A DNA stretch of 64,000 bases, taken from contig DATKQM010000013.1 of assembly GCA_035532735.1 (NCBI GenBank), forward strand, positions 34,670-98,669, written 5' to 3'. The position numbers and the translations under genes are program-made. The stretch comes from Acidimicrobiales bacterium (GTDB lineage Bacteria; Actinomycetota; Acidimicrobiia; Acidimicrobiales; UBA8190). Below, piece after piece: positions 50,168 through 58,978 of this stretch. The notes below the pieces were generated by a model. That model worked only from the letters and a program-made list of their open reading frames with translations, had not been told where the DNA came from and ran no database searches. The first letter of the stretch is position 1, and every line of letters starts with the position of its first letter.

Positions 50168-50659
50168 ATGCCGTTGGCGGTGCCTCCCAATTGGTGCTGG
50201 CGCGTCGGGGCGACCGAGCCGGGACCGGCGGTCATCTTCGACATCGACGGCGTTCTCTCCGACGCCGCGGGTCGACAGCATTTCCTCGAATGGGGACGGC
50301 GCGACTGGGACGCCTTCTTCGACGCGTGTGGGGAGGACCCTCTCGTGGCCGAGGTGGCCTGTCTTCTCGAGCTGCTCGACGCCGAGCTGCGGATCGTGCT
50401 GCTCACGGGCCGTCCCTTGCGGGTCCAACCCCAGACCCTGGCCTGGTTGGCCCACAACCGGCTGCGGTGGGACGCGCTCGTGATGCGCGACCGGGGTGAC
50501 TACGCGCAGGCGTCGCGGTTCAAGCGCGCCGCGGTGGCGGAGCTGCGCGCCTTCGGCTTCGATCCGAGACTCGCCTTCGAGGACGACCCGCGCAATCGCG
50601 ACATGTTCCACAGCGAGGGCATCCCCTGCATCTACATCCACTCCGGCTACTACGAATGA
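50168..50659 (+). CDS. HAD-superfamily phosphatase (PNK-phosphatase-like small HAD)
   Basis: Contains AVIFDIDGVLSD (DxDG motif), IVLLTGRP and AFEDDPRN. Start is ATG 50168 or an upstream GTG. Confidence 0.65.
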   Translation: MPLAVPPNWCWRVGATEPGPAVIFDIDGVLSDAAGRQHFLEWGRRDWDAFFDACGEDPLVAEVACLLELLDAELRIVLLTGRPLRVQPQTLAWLAHNRLRWDALVMRDRGDYAQASRFKRAAVAELRAFGFDPRLAFEDDPRNRDMFHSEGIPCIYIHSGYYE

Positions 50660-50662
50660 GGC

Positions 50663-51613
50663 GTGATGACCCACCCCAGGAAATTCCGCTTCGCCGTCCA
50701 GGTCTCGAAGGCTCCTGACGGCACAGCCCGTTCCTGGGCGAAGCAGGCCAAGAAGGCCGAGGACCTCGGGTATTCGACGCTGCTCATGCCCGATCACTTC
50801 GGGGACCAGTTGGCCCCCGTGCCTGCGCTGATGGCCGCGGCGGCCGCCACCTCGACGCTGCGCCTCGGCACGCTCGTCTTCGACAACGACTACCGACACC
50901 CCGTGGTGTTGGCGAAAGAGGCCGCCACCTTGGACCTGTTGTCGGCCGGCCGACTCGAGCTCGGCCTCGGCGCGGGGTGGATGCGCAGCGACTACGAGGA
51001 GTCGGGCATCGCCTACGACGCGCCGGGGGTCCGGGTGAACCGCTTCGCCGAGGGCGTCGCCGTCGTGGCCGGACTGCTCGAGTCCGACGGGCCCTTCTCC
51101 TTCTCGGGTACGCACTACACCATCACTGAGCACACCTTGTTGCCGAGGCCGGTGCAACGTCCCCGTCCCCCGCTCATCCTCGGCGGAGGCGGCCGGCGGG
51201 TCTTGACCCTGGCCGGGACGTTGGGTGACATCGTGAGCATCAACGTCGACCTTCGAGCCGGGACCGGAGGTCCCGAGACTGCTCCCAACGCCTCTCCCGA
51301 CGCCACCCGCCAGAAGGTGGCGTGGGTCAAAGAGGCCGCCGGGGGACGGTTCGACGACATCGAGCTCAATTGCCTGATCGGTTTCGTCATGATCACCGAC
51401 GACGCACCGAGCATCGCCAGAGCCATGGGACCGACGTTCGGCATCGATCCCGCCGACGCTCTGCACGTGCCGGTGACGCTCATCGGGACCCTCGACCAGA
51501 TGACCGAGGAGCTGCAATGGCGCCGAGAGGAGTACGGGATCTCGTACTTCTCCGTCGAGGCCGACGTCTGGGAGTCACTCGCCCCCGTCGTCTCGCGTCT
51601 CGCGGGCACCTGA
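50663..51613 (+). CDS. LLM-class (luciferase-like) probable F420-dependent oxidoreductase
   Basis: 316 aa. Contains FRFAVQV, AEDLGYSTLLMPDHF, LRLGTLVFDNDYRHPVVLAKEAATLDLLSAGRLELGLGAGW. Confidence 0.85.
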   Translation: MMTHPRKFRFAVQVSKAPDGTARSWAKQAKKAEDLGYSTLLMPDHFGDQLAPVPALMAAAAATSTLRLGTLVFDNDYRHPVVLAKEAATLDLLSAGRLELGLGAGWMRSDYEESGIAYDAPGVRVNRFAEGVAVVAGLLESDGPFSFSGTHYTITEHTLLPRPVQRPRPPLILGGGGRRVLTLAGTLGDIVSINVDLRAGTGGPETAPNASPDATRQKVAWVKEAAGGRFDDIELNCLIGFVMITDDAPSIARAMGPTFGIDPADALHVPVTLIGTLDQMTEELQWRREEYGISYFSVEADVWESLAPVVSRLAGT

Positions 51614-51654
51614 CACGGATTGTTCTGACACGGGTTGCTCTGACACGGTTGCTC
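51610..51654 (+). repeat. 15-bp tandem repeat x3 (CTGACACGGnTTGyT) starting on the stop codon of the LLM gene
   Basis: CTGACACGG at 51610, 51625 and 51640. An inverted GACACGG copy lies inside the following hairpin loop. Confidence 0.85.
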
Positions 51655-51686
51655 TGGCACCCGGTGCACCGTGTCGGTGCCAGAGC
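51651..51686. terminator. Perfect 10-bp stem hairpin between convergent genes (candidate bidirectional terminator)
   Basis: GCTCTGGCAC (51651-51660) pairs with GTGCCAGAGC (51677-51686). The 16-nt loop contains the palindrome GGTGCACC. Confidence 0.5.
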
Positions 51687-51709
51687 AGCGCCCTACTTGG
51701 CGACCAGTG

Positions 51710-52723
51710 TCACTTGGTGACCCGTATCCTCGTCTCGGCGCTGTTCGAGACGGCGATCCCGATCAGCTTCGCGTTCAGCGATACCTTGAGCTTGAGCCAC
51801 CCTCTGCCTTTGGCGATGAAATGCCCTGCCAGGACCGGCGGGGTGAACACTTCGTTGCTATAGGTGGCCGGGGTGACCGCGGCGTTGGTGGCGGCCCTCT
51901 TGCCGCCGAGTCTCACGGCGACCGGGATCGGTCCCGTGCTGCCACCACTTCCACCGAGGTTCGAATAGAGCGACACCAATGTGGCCAACCACCAGAAGGT
52001 CTTCGCACCCGGGGCGTCACGGAGCGAAACCGATTGGCCCTGGAGCGCGTGGTCGGTCGAGATCGCCATGGTCGGGCTCGGCGGGAAGTACGGCTGCCCC
52101 TTGTAGTTGAGGACGAAGGTCCCTTGGGTCACGGGTTTGAAGCTCTCGAGGTCGATCATGGCAACCGCACACCCGATCAGGCCCGAGTTGAGTTCCTCGG
52201 TCGTGGGGGGACAGGTCGCGTTGGGGTCGAGTGGCTGGGTCCTCGGCACGGTGTAGTTGTAATCCAGTACCCCTTTCGAGTTCGACGTGGGGAACGCGAC
52301 GGACGTTGCATTCATCTCGGGCAAGGCCGCGATGATGGCGAGGAGCCCCGGGACCGACGTGGCCTGTCCCGTGAGGAGCGGCGCTGCGGCCGGATCGATG
52401 GCGACCAGGAGACTCGTCTCGATGAGCAGGTAAGGATGGCTGTCGGGAAACCGTTTGCAATCGATGTTGATGACGTCACCCGGAGTCACGTTGAGGACCA
52501 GAGCGCCGATGGCCGGGCCATTGAATTTGCAGGTCGGGCCGGCAGCCGCGGCCGCCACCGGCATTCCCGATCCGGCTCCCGCACCGATCGTGACGACACA
52601 GGTCACGAGGGCCACGCACGCCGCGAGCAGGACGCGCAGGGCCGACCCTCGTGCTCGACCCCGCACCCGACTGGTGGAGTGTGAGGTGCGTCCGCTGGAA
52701 ATGTCGGTGCTCGGTGTATCCAT
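51710..52723 (-). CDS. Hypothetical secreted/anchored protein, 4 Cys, no recognisable domain
   Basis: 337-aa ORF with high GC3 by eye. Basic N-region followed by the hydrophobic LRVLLAACVALVTCVVTIGAGAG. Confidence 0.6.
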   Translation of the reverse strand: MDTPSTDISSGRTSHSTSRVRGRARGSALRVLLAACVALVTCVVTIGAGAGSGMPVAAAAAGPTCKFNGPAIGALVLNVTPGDVINIDCKRFPDSHPYLLIETSLLVAIDPAAAPLLTGQATSVPGLLAIIAALPEMNATSVAFPTSNSKGVLDYNYTVPRTQPLDPNATCPPTTEELNSGLIGCAVAMIDLESFKPVTQGTFVLNYKGQPYFPPSPTMAISTDHALQGQSVSLRDAPGAKTFWWLATLVSLYSNLGGSGGSTGPIPVAVRLGGKRAATNAAVTPATYSNEVFTPPVLAGHFIAKGRGWLKLKVSLNAKLIGIAVSNSAETRIRVTK

Positions 52724-52762
52724 GGTCCGACTCCTTCTAGGTGGGAGGTTGGAAAATCCTGG

Positions 52763-53512
52763 TCATCTGGCGCGATGAGGGCGGACGAGGGTGAAGTTTG
52801 CGGTGCCCTTCTCGCCCGCCGGCCCCGTGGCCTCGAGCATGTGTTTGCCCTTTTTCCCCGACCTGCGTGCGCGGGGAATGTTGCCGCTGCAGTTGAAGGT
52901 CCCGTTGGCGGCGGTCGTGGCCTGACAGAGCAACGTGCTGGCCCGCTTTCGTGCCTTCAGACCGCTCAGATAGGTGACGGTGATGGTCTCGCCGGGAGTG
53001 AATCCTGAGCCCCCGGCGCCGATCCCCGCTTTTCTCCACCCCGACGCCGGGGTCAACGCCAGCTGCGGAACCGACGGCGCCGGCGAAACCGGTGTCGCCA
53101 CGGACGTCACCGTGAGCGCGGCCGTACCCGAGACCAGGGCGGCCGGATCGGTGGCGGTGATCGTCGCCACCCCATCCGCGACCCCGGTGGCGAGGCCGTG
53201 CGAGCCGGGAGTATTCGAGACGGTGGCGGTGCTCGACGAGGACGAGGACCACGTCACCGAATCGGTGAGGTCCCGAGTGCTCAGGTCGGAGTAGGTGCCC
53301 GTGGCGCTGAACTGCTGCGTAGCTCCCTGGGTGATCGACGTGGCCGCGGGCGACACCGTGATCGACAAGAGGATGGCGGGTCCGAGCGCGCTCGCCGAAT
53401 CGGACTGGCCGGCACCGATCAGTCCGACGACCAGCGCCAGTGGCAGCACGCGGGCTGACACTCGCAGAACACGGCTTCCCAGCATCTCCCCGACCCCCAG
53501 GCCCACTCGCAC
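52763..53512 (-). CDS. Secreted bacterial Ig-like (Big_2) domain protein
   Basis: Signal-like VLPLALVVGLIGAGQSDSASA, then ITVSPAATSITQGATQQFSATGTYSDLSTRDLTDSVTWSSS..ATVSN..GLATGVADGVATITAT (classic Big_2 pattern). An alternative start is the Met at 53485. Confidence 0.75.
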   Translation of the reverse strand: MRVGLGVGEMLGSRVLRVSARVLPLALVVGLIGAGQSDSASALGPAILLSITVSPAATSITQGATQQFSATGTYSDLSTRDLTDSVTWSSSSSSTATVSNTPGSHGLATGVADGVATITATDPAALVSGTAALTVTSVATPVSPAPSVPQLALTPASGWRKAGIGAGGSGFTPGETITVTYLSGLKARKRASTLLCQATTAANGTFNCSGNIPRARRSGKKGKHMLEATGPAGEKGTANFTLVRPHRAR

Positions 53513-53635
53513 TGATGTGACGCAACAGAAGCGCCTCGGCAGTGGAACCTGTCTCAGTCTTGATCGGGGCTGGGACCCGGGAGAAGCGGGTGATCACTCG
53601 GTTGTCACCCAGTGATTCCACCTATGAAGACGGGT

Positions 53636-53863
53636 CTACTGACTCGGACCTCGGGTCCACTCGACTCCTTGGCCCGGAAGCTCACGTCGGGACATTGTGG
53701 CTCCGAAGAATGAGGAGGCCAGGGCCTCGGCTTGGAGCCGGTTCATCTCGCGCTTGTCGTCGCGGCCGTCGAGATGCGAGACCCGGGCCATGCCGCTGCG
53801 ACCCCCGAGACCACCGGGATGCCACGTGATCGACAGCACTACGCCGCCGGTGTCGAGCGCCAC
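53636..53863 (-). CDS. Small hypothetical protein (75 aa)
   Basis: GTG start with GGAGG 6 nt upstream. High GC3 over the first ~55 codons. No family recognised. Confidence 0.35.
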   Translation of the reverse strand: MALDTGGVVLSITWHPGGLGGRSGMARVSHLDGRDDKREMNRLQAEALASSFFGATMSRRELPGQGVEWTRGPSQ

Positions 53864-53974
53864 GGTGTACCTCCGATCTCAATGGGGGAGACGAGAAGTC
53901 TGGCTCCCGGTCCGCGGGCGCCATGCTTCGGCCGACGCCGTCATGAGCAGGAACACAAGGAGCTGAGCGGGAAC

Positions 53975-54008
53975 ACAAAGAGCGGGGCCCGAGGGCCCCG
54001 CTCTTTGT
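53975..54008 (-). terminator. Strong hairpin: 15-bp perfect stem, 4-nt loop, about 140 nt downstream of the 54146 gene end
   Basis: ACAAAGAGCGGGGCC (53975-53989), CGAG, GGCCCCGCTCTTTGT (53994-54008). Confidence 0.6.
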
Positions 54009-54145
54009 CTGCGAGAGGCTGGCGGGAGCCTCCCCATAGTCGGGCCCTTCCTGTGCTCGGGGCGTCGCAATGCCCGAGCGCAGGCGAGAGGCCCGTGGTG
54101 ATCCTCGGTTCCCCCTACGGGTCCCCGAGAGAAAGGGCCCTGGGA

Positions 54146-54793
54146 TTACAGGGTCACCGTGCTGGCGCTGGAGTCGATGTCGATGTGGTTGACCGGACCG
54201 GACTGGCACCCACTGATCAGGTTGGAGTTGTTGGCGTCATTGGTGAGCCCGGCCTTGATCGAGGCGCTCTTCGAAGCGGTCGGGTAGGTGCCGCCTTTGA
54301 CCGTGCCCGACACGGTGAAGCCGACGTCGGGTCCGACGGTGCCCTCAGCAGCCTTGGCGCCCTTGAGCACTCCACCTTGGAAGGGCAGGTTCTTCACAGC
54401 CTTGGCCAGGTCCTTCACCGTCGCTGTGCTGGCGAAGGATCCACACAGGCCGAGGTAGAAGGTCTTCTTGCTGTTGCCGTCGGACTTCCAGTTCTTGTCC
54501 TTGGCCGCCTTGAACAGGATGGTGATGTTCTGGTGGAAGGGGCCCGGCGACCCCGTGGCCGTCGTGCAGCCGCTGTAGGTGGCGTGTGCTGCCGCGGTCC
54601 CTTCGGCGCCCTTGGACGACGGGGTGCCCTTCGCCGTCAGGGCCGGGGTGAGGGTCACGGTGGCCGCGAATCCACAGGTGACGGGATTGGGTGGTGGCTT
54701 CTTGGCGAAGGCCGGTTGGCCCAAGGTCGCCACGGTGGCCAGCGGGATCGTGAGTGCGAGCACCCCGAGCAGCATCCTGTTCTTGTTCCGCAT
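54146..54793 (-). CDS. Hypothetical secreted Lys-rich protein (215 aa, 4 Cys in mature part)
   Basis: Sec-type signal MRNKNRMLLGVLALTIPLATVATLGQPAFA. RBS-like AAGGGGA upstream. The track start at 54919 is over-extended. No family recognised. Confidence 0.65.
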   Translation of the reverse strand: MRNKNRMLLGVLALTIPLATVATLGQPAFAKKPPPNPVTCGFAATVTLTPALTAKGTPSSKGAEGTAAAHATYSGCTTATGSPGPFHQNITILFKAAKDKNWKSDGNSKKTFYLGLCGSFASTATVKDLAKAVKNLPFQGGVLKGAKAAEGTVGPDVGFTVSGTVKGGTYPTASKSASIKAGLTNDANNSNLISGCQSGPVNHIDIDSSASTVTL

Positions 54794-55138
54794 GTCTTGA
54801 CATCCCCTTGTTGTGAACCGCCTCGATGCGGTCTCGATCGAACACTTCGTGTCACTGACAGCCAACGCCGCAGGAGCCACAGGACTGATCACGGGCCCCC
54901 ACGCTCGTCCGCCGACCACCGCAGTGGTCTGTCTCCAGTTCTCGCACAGGCGCTTGTTCGGGTCATCAGTGGTTGTACCCGTGGCGCGCAGGTGATTCCC
55001 CGTGGAACTCGGCCGTGGCCGTGCGTCTCGACCAGGGCCCCGACCAGGCGGCGACCGGTCTCCCCAGCGGATTCGACGGGTTGACAGCTACAATCGAGAA
55101 CTGGGCCTGGAGCACCCTTGATCCAGCGGGGAGGCACG

Positions 55139-56695
55139 ATGAGGAACGGCACCTGGCGGGCGTCGCCGCTCGCCCTCGTCAGCGCACTGGTCATCGCGGC
55201 GGCCGCGATTCTGAGTTTCTTCCTCGCCAAGCACAGTGTCGACAGCCAGAACCAGGCGCTGCTCAGAGAAGACGTGACCCAAGCTGCCGGGTACGTCTCG
55301 TCGTTGACATCGACGCTCAGCTCGACCCTGGATGCACTCGCCCCCGGGGTCACGTCGACCAACGGCTCAGCTGCGGCCTTCGAAGCTCAAGCCAAACCCC
55401 TCGCCGGCGGTCCGTTCACGCTGTTGTTGGCCCGGAAGAGCGGTGCCAACTTCGTGGCCAGCGCCGTCGCCGGGAACGGGTTCACCAAAGGCGAGGTGCT
55501 CGACGCCCCGCTGACGGCCGTCCTCGGCAAGGCGGGCTCGAGTGTCGTGCCCGGACCCGTCACCTACGACGGCAAGACGTCGACATTCGGATTGGGTCTT
55601 GGACCCCCGTTGGTCCCTGAAGGTTTCGCAATTTATGAACTGGTCACGCTCGACCCCTTCGTGGCGACCACGGCCACCCAGGCGGCGCCGTTCCATGTGC
55701 TGCGGGCCGCGGTCTACGCGACGCGGGTGCCGACGACGGGCCAGTTGGTCCTGGCCAATACCCGGGCTCTGCCCTTGACGGGCACCACCTTCGTAGCACC
55801 CGTGGCCGTCGGATCGGGCTCCTGGTGGCTGGTGGCAGAGGCCAAGAGTCCGCTGGCGGGCCGGTTCCCCAATGCCGCGCCGTATGTCGTCCTCGTCTTC
55901 GTCCTGCTCCTGGCGCTGGCAGTGGGAAGCGTGATCGAAGTCGTCGTGCGCCGACAGCGTTACGCGAGCGCCCTAGTCGCCGAGCGGACCACCGAGCTCC
56001 TGGCTTCTCAAGAGGCCCTTGTCCGCAGCGAACGGTTGTCGGCCGTGGGGCAGATGACGACAGTGGTCGGCCACGAATTGCGCAACCCCTTGGGCGCGGT
56101 CATGAATGCCTTGTACATGCTCCGGCGTTCGCTCGGCGATCCCGCCGCGGCGGAGCCACACCTCGCCGTCGCCGAGCGCCAGACCGCTCGGGCCGTGAAC
56201 CTGGCTCAGGACCTCACTGCTTACATGCGGGAACGAGAGCCCGAGCTCGCGCCCATGGATTTAGCTGAAGTTCTCAGCGACGTCCTTGAGGTGACACCCA
56301 AGCCGACTAATGTCGTCGTGGTCGACGATGTCGGCTCGATCGAATTGAATGCCGATTCCAAACAGATCGCCCAGATCCTCACCAACCTGGTGGACAACGC
56401 CTACCAGGCCATGCCCGACGGTGGCTCCCTACGGATCGAGGCCCATACCGAGGGTGCCACCGCGATCATCACCGTCGAGGACAGCGGGGAAGGAGTCGAC
56501 CAGGAGCTCGTGGAGCGGTTCTTCGAGCCCTTCTTCACGACGCGTTCGGATGGGACCGGACTCGGACTGGCCATCGTGAGGCGTCTGACCGATGCCCACG
56601 GCGGAGAGATTTCGATCCAAAACGGGCCATCAGGTGGCGCCGTCGTCACGTTGCGCCTACCGATCGAACCCACCCGCGAGCTGGCATGGCGATAG
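55139..56695 (+). CDS. Sensor histidine kinase (TM, about 230-aa extracytoplasmic domain, TM, HisKA, HATPase_c)
   Basis: H-box SERLSAVGQMTTVVGHELRNPL; N-box NLVDNAYQAM; G-boxes VEDSGEGV and GTGLGLAIVRRL. GGGGAGG lies upstream of the ATG at 55139. Confidence 0.9.
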   Translation: MRNGTWRASPLALVSALVIAAAAILSFFLAKHSVDSQNQALLREDVTQAAGYVSSLTSTLSSTLDALAPGVTSTNGSAAAFEAQAKPLAGGPFTLLLARKSGANFVASAVAGNGFTKGEVLDAPLTAVLGKAGSSVVPGPVTYDGKTSTFGLGLGPPLVPEGFAIYELVTLDPFVATTATQAAPFHVLRAAVYATRVPTTGQLVLANTRALPLTGTTFVAPVAVGSGSWWLVAEAKSPLAGRFPNAAPYVVLVFVLLLALAVGSVIEVVVRRQRYASALVAERTTELLASQEALVRSERLSAVGQMTTVVGHELRNPLGAVMNALYMLRRSLGDPAAAEPHLAVAERQTARAVNLAQDLTAYMREREPELAPMDLAEVLSDVLEVTPKPTNVVVVDDVGSIELNADSKQIAQILTNLVDNAYQAMPDGGSLRIEAHTEGATAIITVEDSGEGVDQELVERFFEPFFTTRSDGTGLGLAIVRRLTDAHGGEISIQNGPSGGAVVTLRLPIEPTRELAWR

Positions 56696-56734
56696 CAACC
56701 GAACCCCGGTTGTTCTTCGCGTACGCTCCGGACC

Positions 56735-56770
56735 GGAGAACGACGCGGAGAACGACGCGGAGAACGACGA
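56735..56770 (+). repeat. 12-bp tandem repeat x3 (GGAGAACGACGC) between the kinase and the receiver gene
   Basis: Units at 56735, 56747 and 56759 (last base variant). Confidence 0.9.
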
Positions 56771-56886
56771 GGTGTAAGTGCACCGCCGATGCCGACCGGT
56801 CCAAGGTCGCGGGCTCTTCATCACCCCACGTGCCGGGGTCTTCCGGTTCTGACGGTCACTTCGACGCCCGGGACGACAACGTGACG

Positions 56887-57321
56887 ATGGCGGCCACGAC
56901 AACGACGGCGGCGAAGACGACGACGGCGGCGGAGACGACGACGGCGGCGGAGACAACACAGACGAGTGCCGACGTGCTCGTCGTCGACGACGACGCCGAT
57001 GTCCGGTGGTCGGTGGCAGAGGTCTTGCGATCGGCAGGCTTCAGTGTGGCCGAAGCGGAGGACGGTGAAATCGCTCGGGGCATGTTGGGCACGGGGAGCT
57101 ACCGCATGGTCCTCCTCGACATGAGGATGCCCCGGCGAGACGGGGTGTCGCTGATCGAAGCGGTGGGGGAGGTGCCGCCGGTCATCATCCACTCTGCCTA
57201 TTCACTCGACGCATCAGACCGTGAGCGCCTCGGGTCCAAGGTGGTGGACTTTCTGCACAAGCCGGTCTCACCGCAGAAGCTCCTCCGAGCGGTCGAGGCC
57301 GTGCTCGGAAGTGGAGGTTGA
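56887..57321 (+). CDS. Single-domain (CheY-like) response regulator with Thr/Ala repeat N-terminus
   Basis: Contains VLVVDDDADV, LLDMRMPRRDG and LHKP. An alternative coupled start is ATG 56686, which overlaps the kinase stop; GC3 is intermediate there. Confidence 0.85.
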   Translation: MAATTTTAAKTTTAAETTTAAETTQTSADVLVVDDDADVRWSVAEVLRSAGFSVAEAEDGEIARGMLGTGSYRMVLLDMRMPRRDGVSLIEAVGEVPPVIIHSAYSLDASDRERLGSKVVDFLHKPVSPQKLLRAVEAVLGSGG

Positions 57322-57478
57322 CCTCGAACCGCTGTGCCGGGGCTCGGTGTCCCAGCAAAATCTCAGGTTTCTCGCCGAACGCGATACCCCCGCCAGCACG
57401 TCGGTCTTCGTCATCAGCCTCTCGTGACCGGTCGACCGCGCTGTTCGCAATAGGAGCTGTTGCAACCCCACCGCTATC

Positions 57479-58189
57479 ATGGCGAAGGTGAGTGACGGCG
57501 CCGTGGGGGCGGATGCTGGTCGGAACGGTGGGGTCCTTCGGGTTCTCGTCGTCGACGATCACGAGGTTCTGCGCACCGGCACGCGCCAGGTCCTCGAAGC
57601 ATCGGGAGACATCGTCGTGGTGGGCGAGGCCGACGATGGAAAAGCGGCTCTCGCCCTGATCGAGGAGCTGGACCCCAACGTCGTTCTCATCGACATTCGC
57701 CTTCCTGACCGAAGTGGCATCGATGTCACTCGCCACCTGACACGCACCCACCCTGGGGTGCACGTGGTGATCCTCTCCGCCTACGACGATGACGACTTCG
57801 TTCGCGCCGCCCTCGAGGCCGGTGCGACGGGGTACCTCTTGAAGACCATGGCACGTGACGACCTGGTGGCGGCGGTCCGGGCCGCGGCGCAGGGAACCAC
57901 GGTCCTCGACCCGGTCTTGTCGCCGCGCCTGGCCGGAGCACACAGCACTTGGGGTCCGGGCACCGGGCCCCGGCTCACGTGGCGAGAGCGTGAAGCCGTG
58001 GAATTGGTGGCCGAAGGGTTGTCCAACAAGGCGATTGCGGCGCAGCTCGGCGTCAGTGTCCGGACCGTCGAGGGTCACCTCAACCACGTCTTCACGAAGC
58101 TCGGCGTGGAGTCACGCACCGAGTTGGTCCGCTACGTCTTGACCCAGGGCTCGATCTCCTCGACACCATCGGCTGATCTCGAGTCCTGA
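57479..58189 (+). CDS. NarL/FixJ (LuxR-type) response regulator
   Basis: Contains VLVVDDHEVLR, VLIDIRLPDRSG and GATGYLLK. C-terminal HTH is LTWREREAVELVAEGLSNKAIAAQLGVSVRTVEGHLNHVFTKLGV. Confidence 0.92.
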   Translation: MAKVSDGAVGADAGRNGGVLRVLVVDDHEVLRTGTRQVLEASGDIVVVGEADDGKAALALIEELDPNVVLIDIRLPDRSGIDVTRHLTRTHPGVHVVILSAYDDDDFVRAALEAGATGYLLKTMARDDLVAAVRAAAQGTTVLDPVLSPRLAGAHSTWGPGTGPRLTWREREAVELVAEGLSNKAIAAQLGVSVRTVEGHLNHVFTKLGVESRTELVRYVLTQGSISSTPSADLES

Positions 58190-58495
58190 ACCGGGTGGTC
58201 GAACGATCACCCAGGTGGATTCTCGCGGTTGATCGCAGGTAGTACCCCGCTAGGCGCGGTTCGGGGCCGGGCGTAGCGTTGCTATGGCGACCCCGGGGAA
58301 CCCCGCATCCCCTTCCTGGCAGGGTCGCAGTACAGGAGATCGGTCAGGTGCAGTAGCTCCCTGCGCTTCGCCGTCAACCTGGAGCATGGCGTGTGTGGTT
58401 CCCGCCACACCATCGGGTCGGGTGGGACATGGGCAGTGTCATGGACGTGTTGGCGCTGCCATGTCCCGCCACCCTTCATCCAACCGAGGGAGTGT

Positions 58496-58942
58496 GTGGT
58501 GACAGTCTGCAAAGGCAGTCTCGTCGTGCACATGGACGGGACTCCTATCTTCTGTTCCGAAGAGCTCGCCGGTCGACGGTGTGGAGAGCTCAGCTATGAG
58601 CGGCACCGGATCTTCCGATCCTGTGGTCTGACCTTCGTCCGTGGGTGCCCCCAGTGCCGCCACCTCGATGCGGTAGCGTTGTTGGCTCCCTCGGCGCATC
58701 GGGCAATTCGTGCAAGACCTCGAGGCCGTGATCGCGGCCGCCGGCCGGTTCTGGTCGGCGTGGACCGCAGCGATCGAGAACGACGGAGATGACATGACAT
58801 CCCCGCAGACCTGGTCATCGAGGTGCACGCGGCGGCGCGGGAACTGATCGGTGCGACCGGGGCCCGGTACCTGCGCGGCGCCTATGACGTGCTCGACCAC
58901 CTTGTGCTCGAGATCAAGCGGGCGTATCCGGCGGTGAACTGA
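58496..58942 (+). pseudogene. Candidate disrupted gene (Cys-rich N-terminus + helical C-terminus): coding signal switches frame twice
   Basis: The frame of 58496 reads VVTVCKGSLVVHMDGTPIFCSEELAGRRCGELSYERHRIFRSCGLTFVRGCPQCRH. The best GC3 then moves to the next frame (...RRIGQFVQDLEAVIAAAGRFWSAWTAAIENDGDD). It returns to the first frame after GACATGACAT (58791-58800) as IPADLVIEVHAAARELIGATGARYLRGAYDVLDHLVLEIKRAYPAVN, with a stop at 58940-58942. Could alternatively be 2-3 small genes. Confidence 0.3.
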
Positions 58943-58965
58943 CCCCGGCGTGAACTGACCCCGGC
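58934..58965 (+). repeat. 16-bp perfect tandem duplication (GTGAACTGACCCCGGC x2) spanning the stop of the candidate ORF
   Basis: Units at 58934-58949 and 58950-58965. Confidence 0.9.
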
Positions 58966-58978
58966 GGTGGCCTTGCGA

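Noticed and set aside
51671-52684. 337-aa plus-strand ORF
   Set aside because: It is antisense to the secreted 4-Cys protein. Its Arg/Gly/Asp-rich composition fits poorly compared with the signal-peptide-bearing minus-strand frame.
53636-53863. Serine-recombinase or mobile-element fragment (ARVS...Q motif)
   Set aside because: The resemblance to the N-terminal Y.RVS..DQ motif is too loose. There are no flanking inverted or direct repeats, and no other mobile-element genes.
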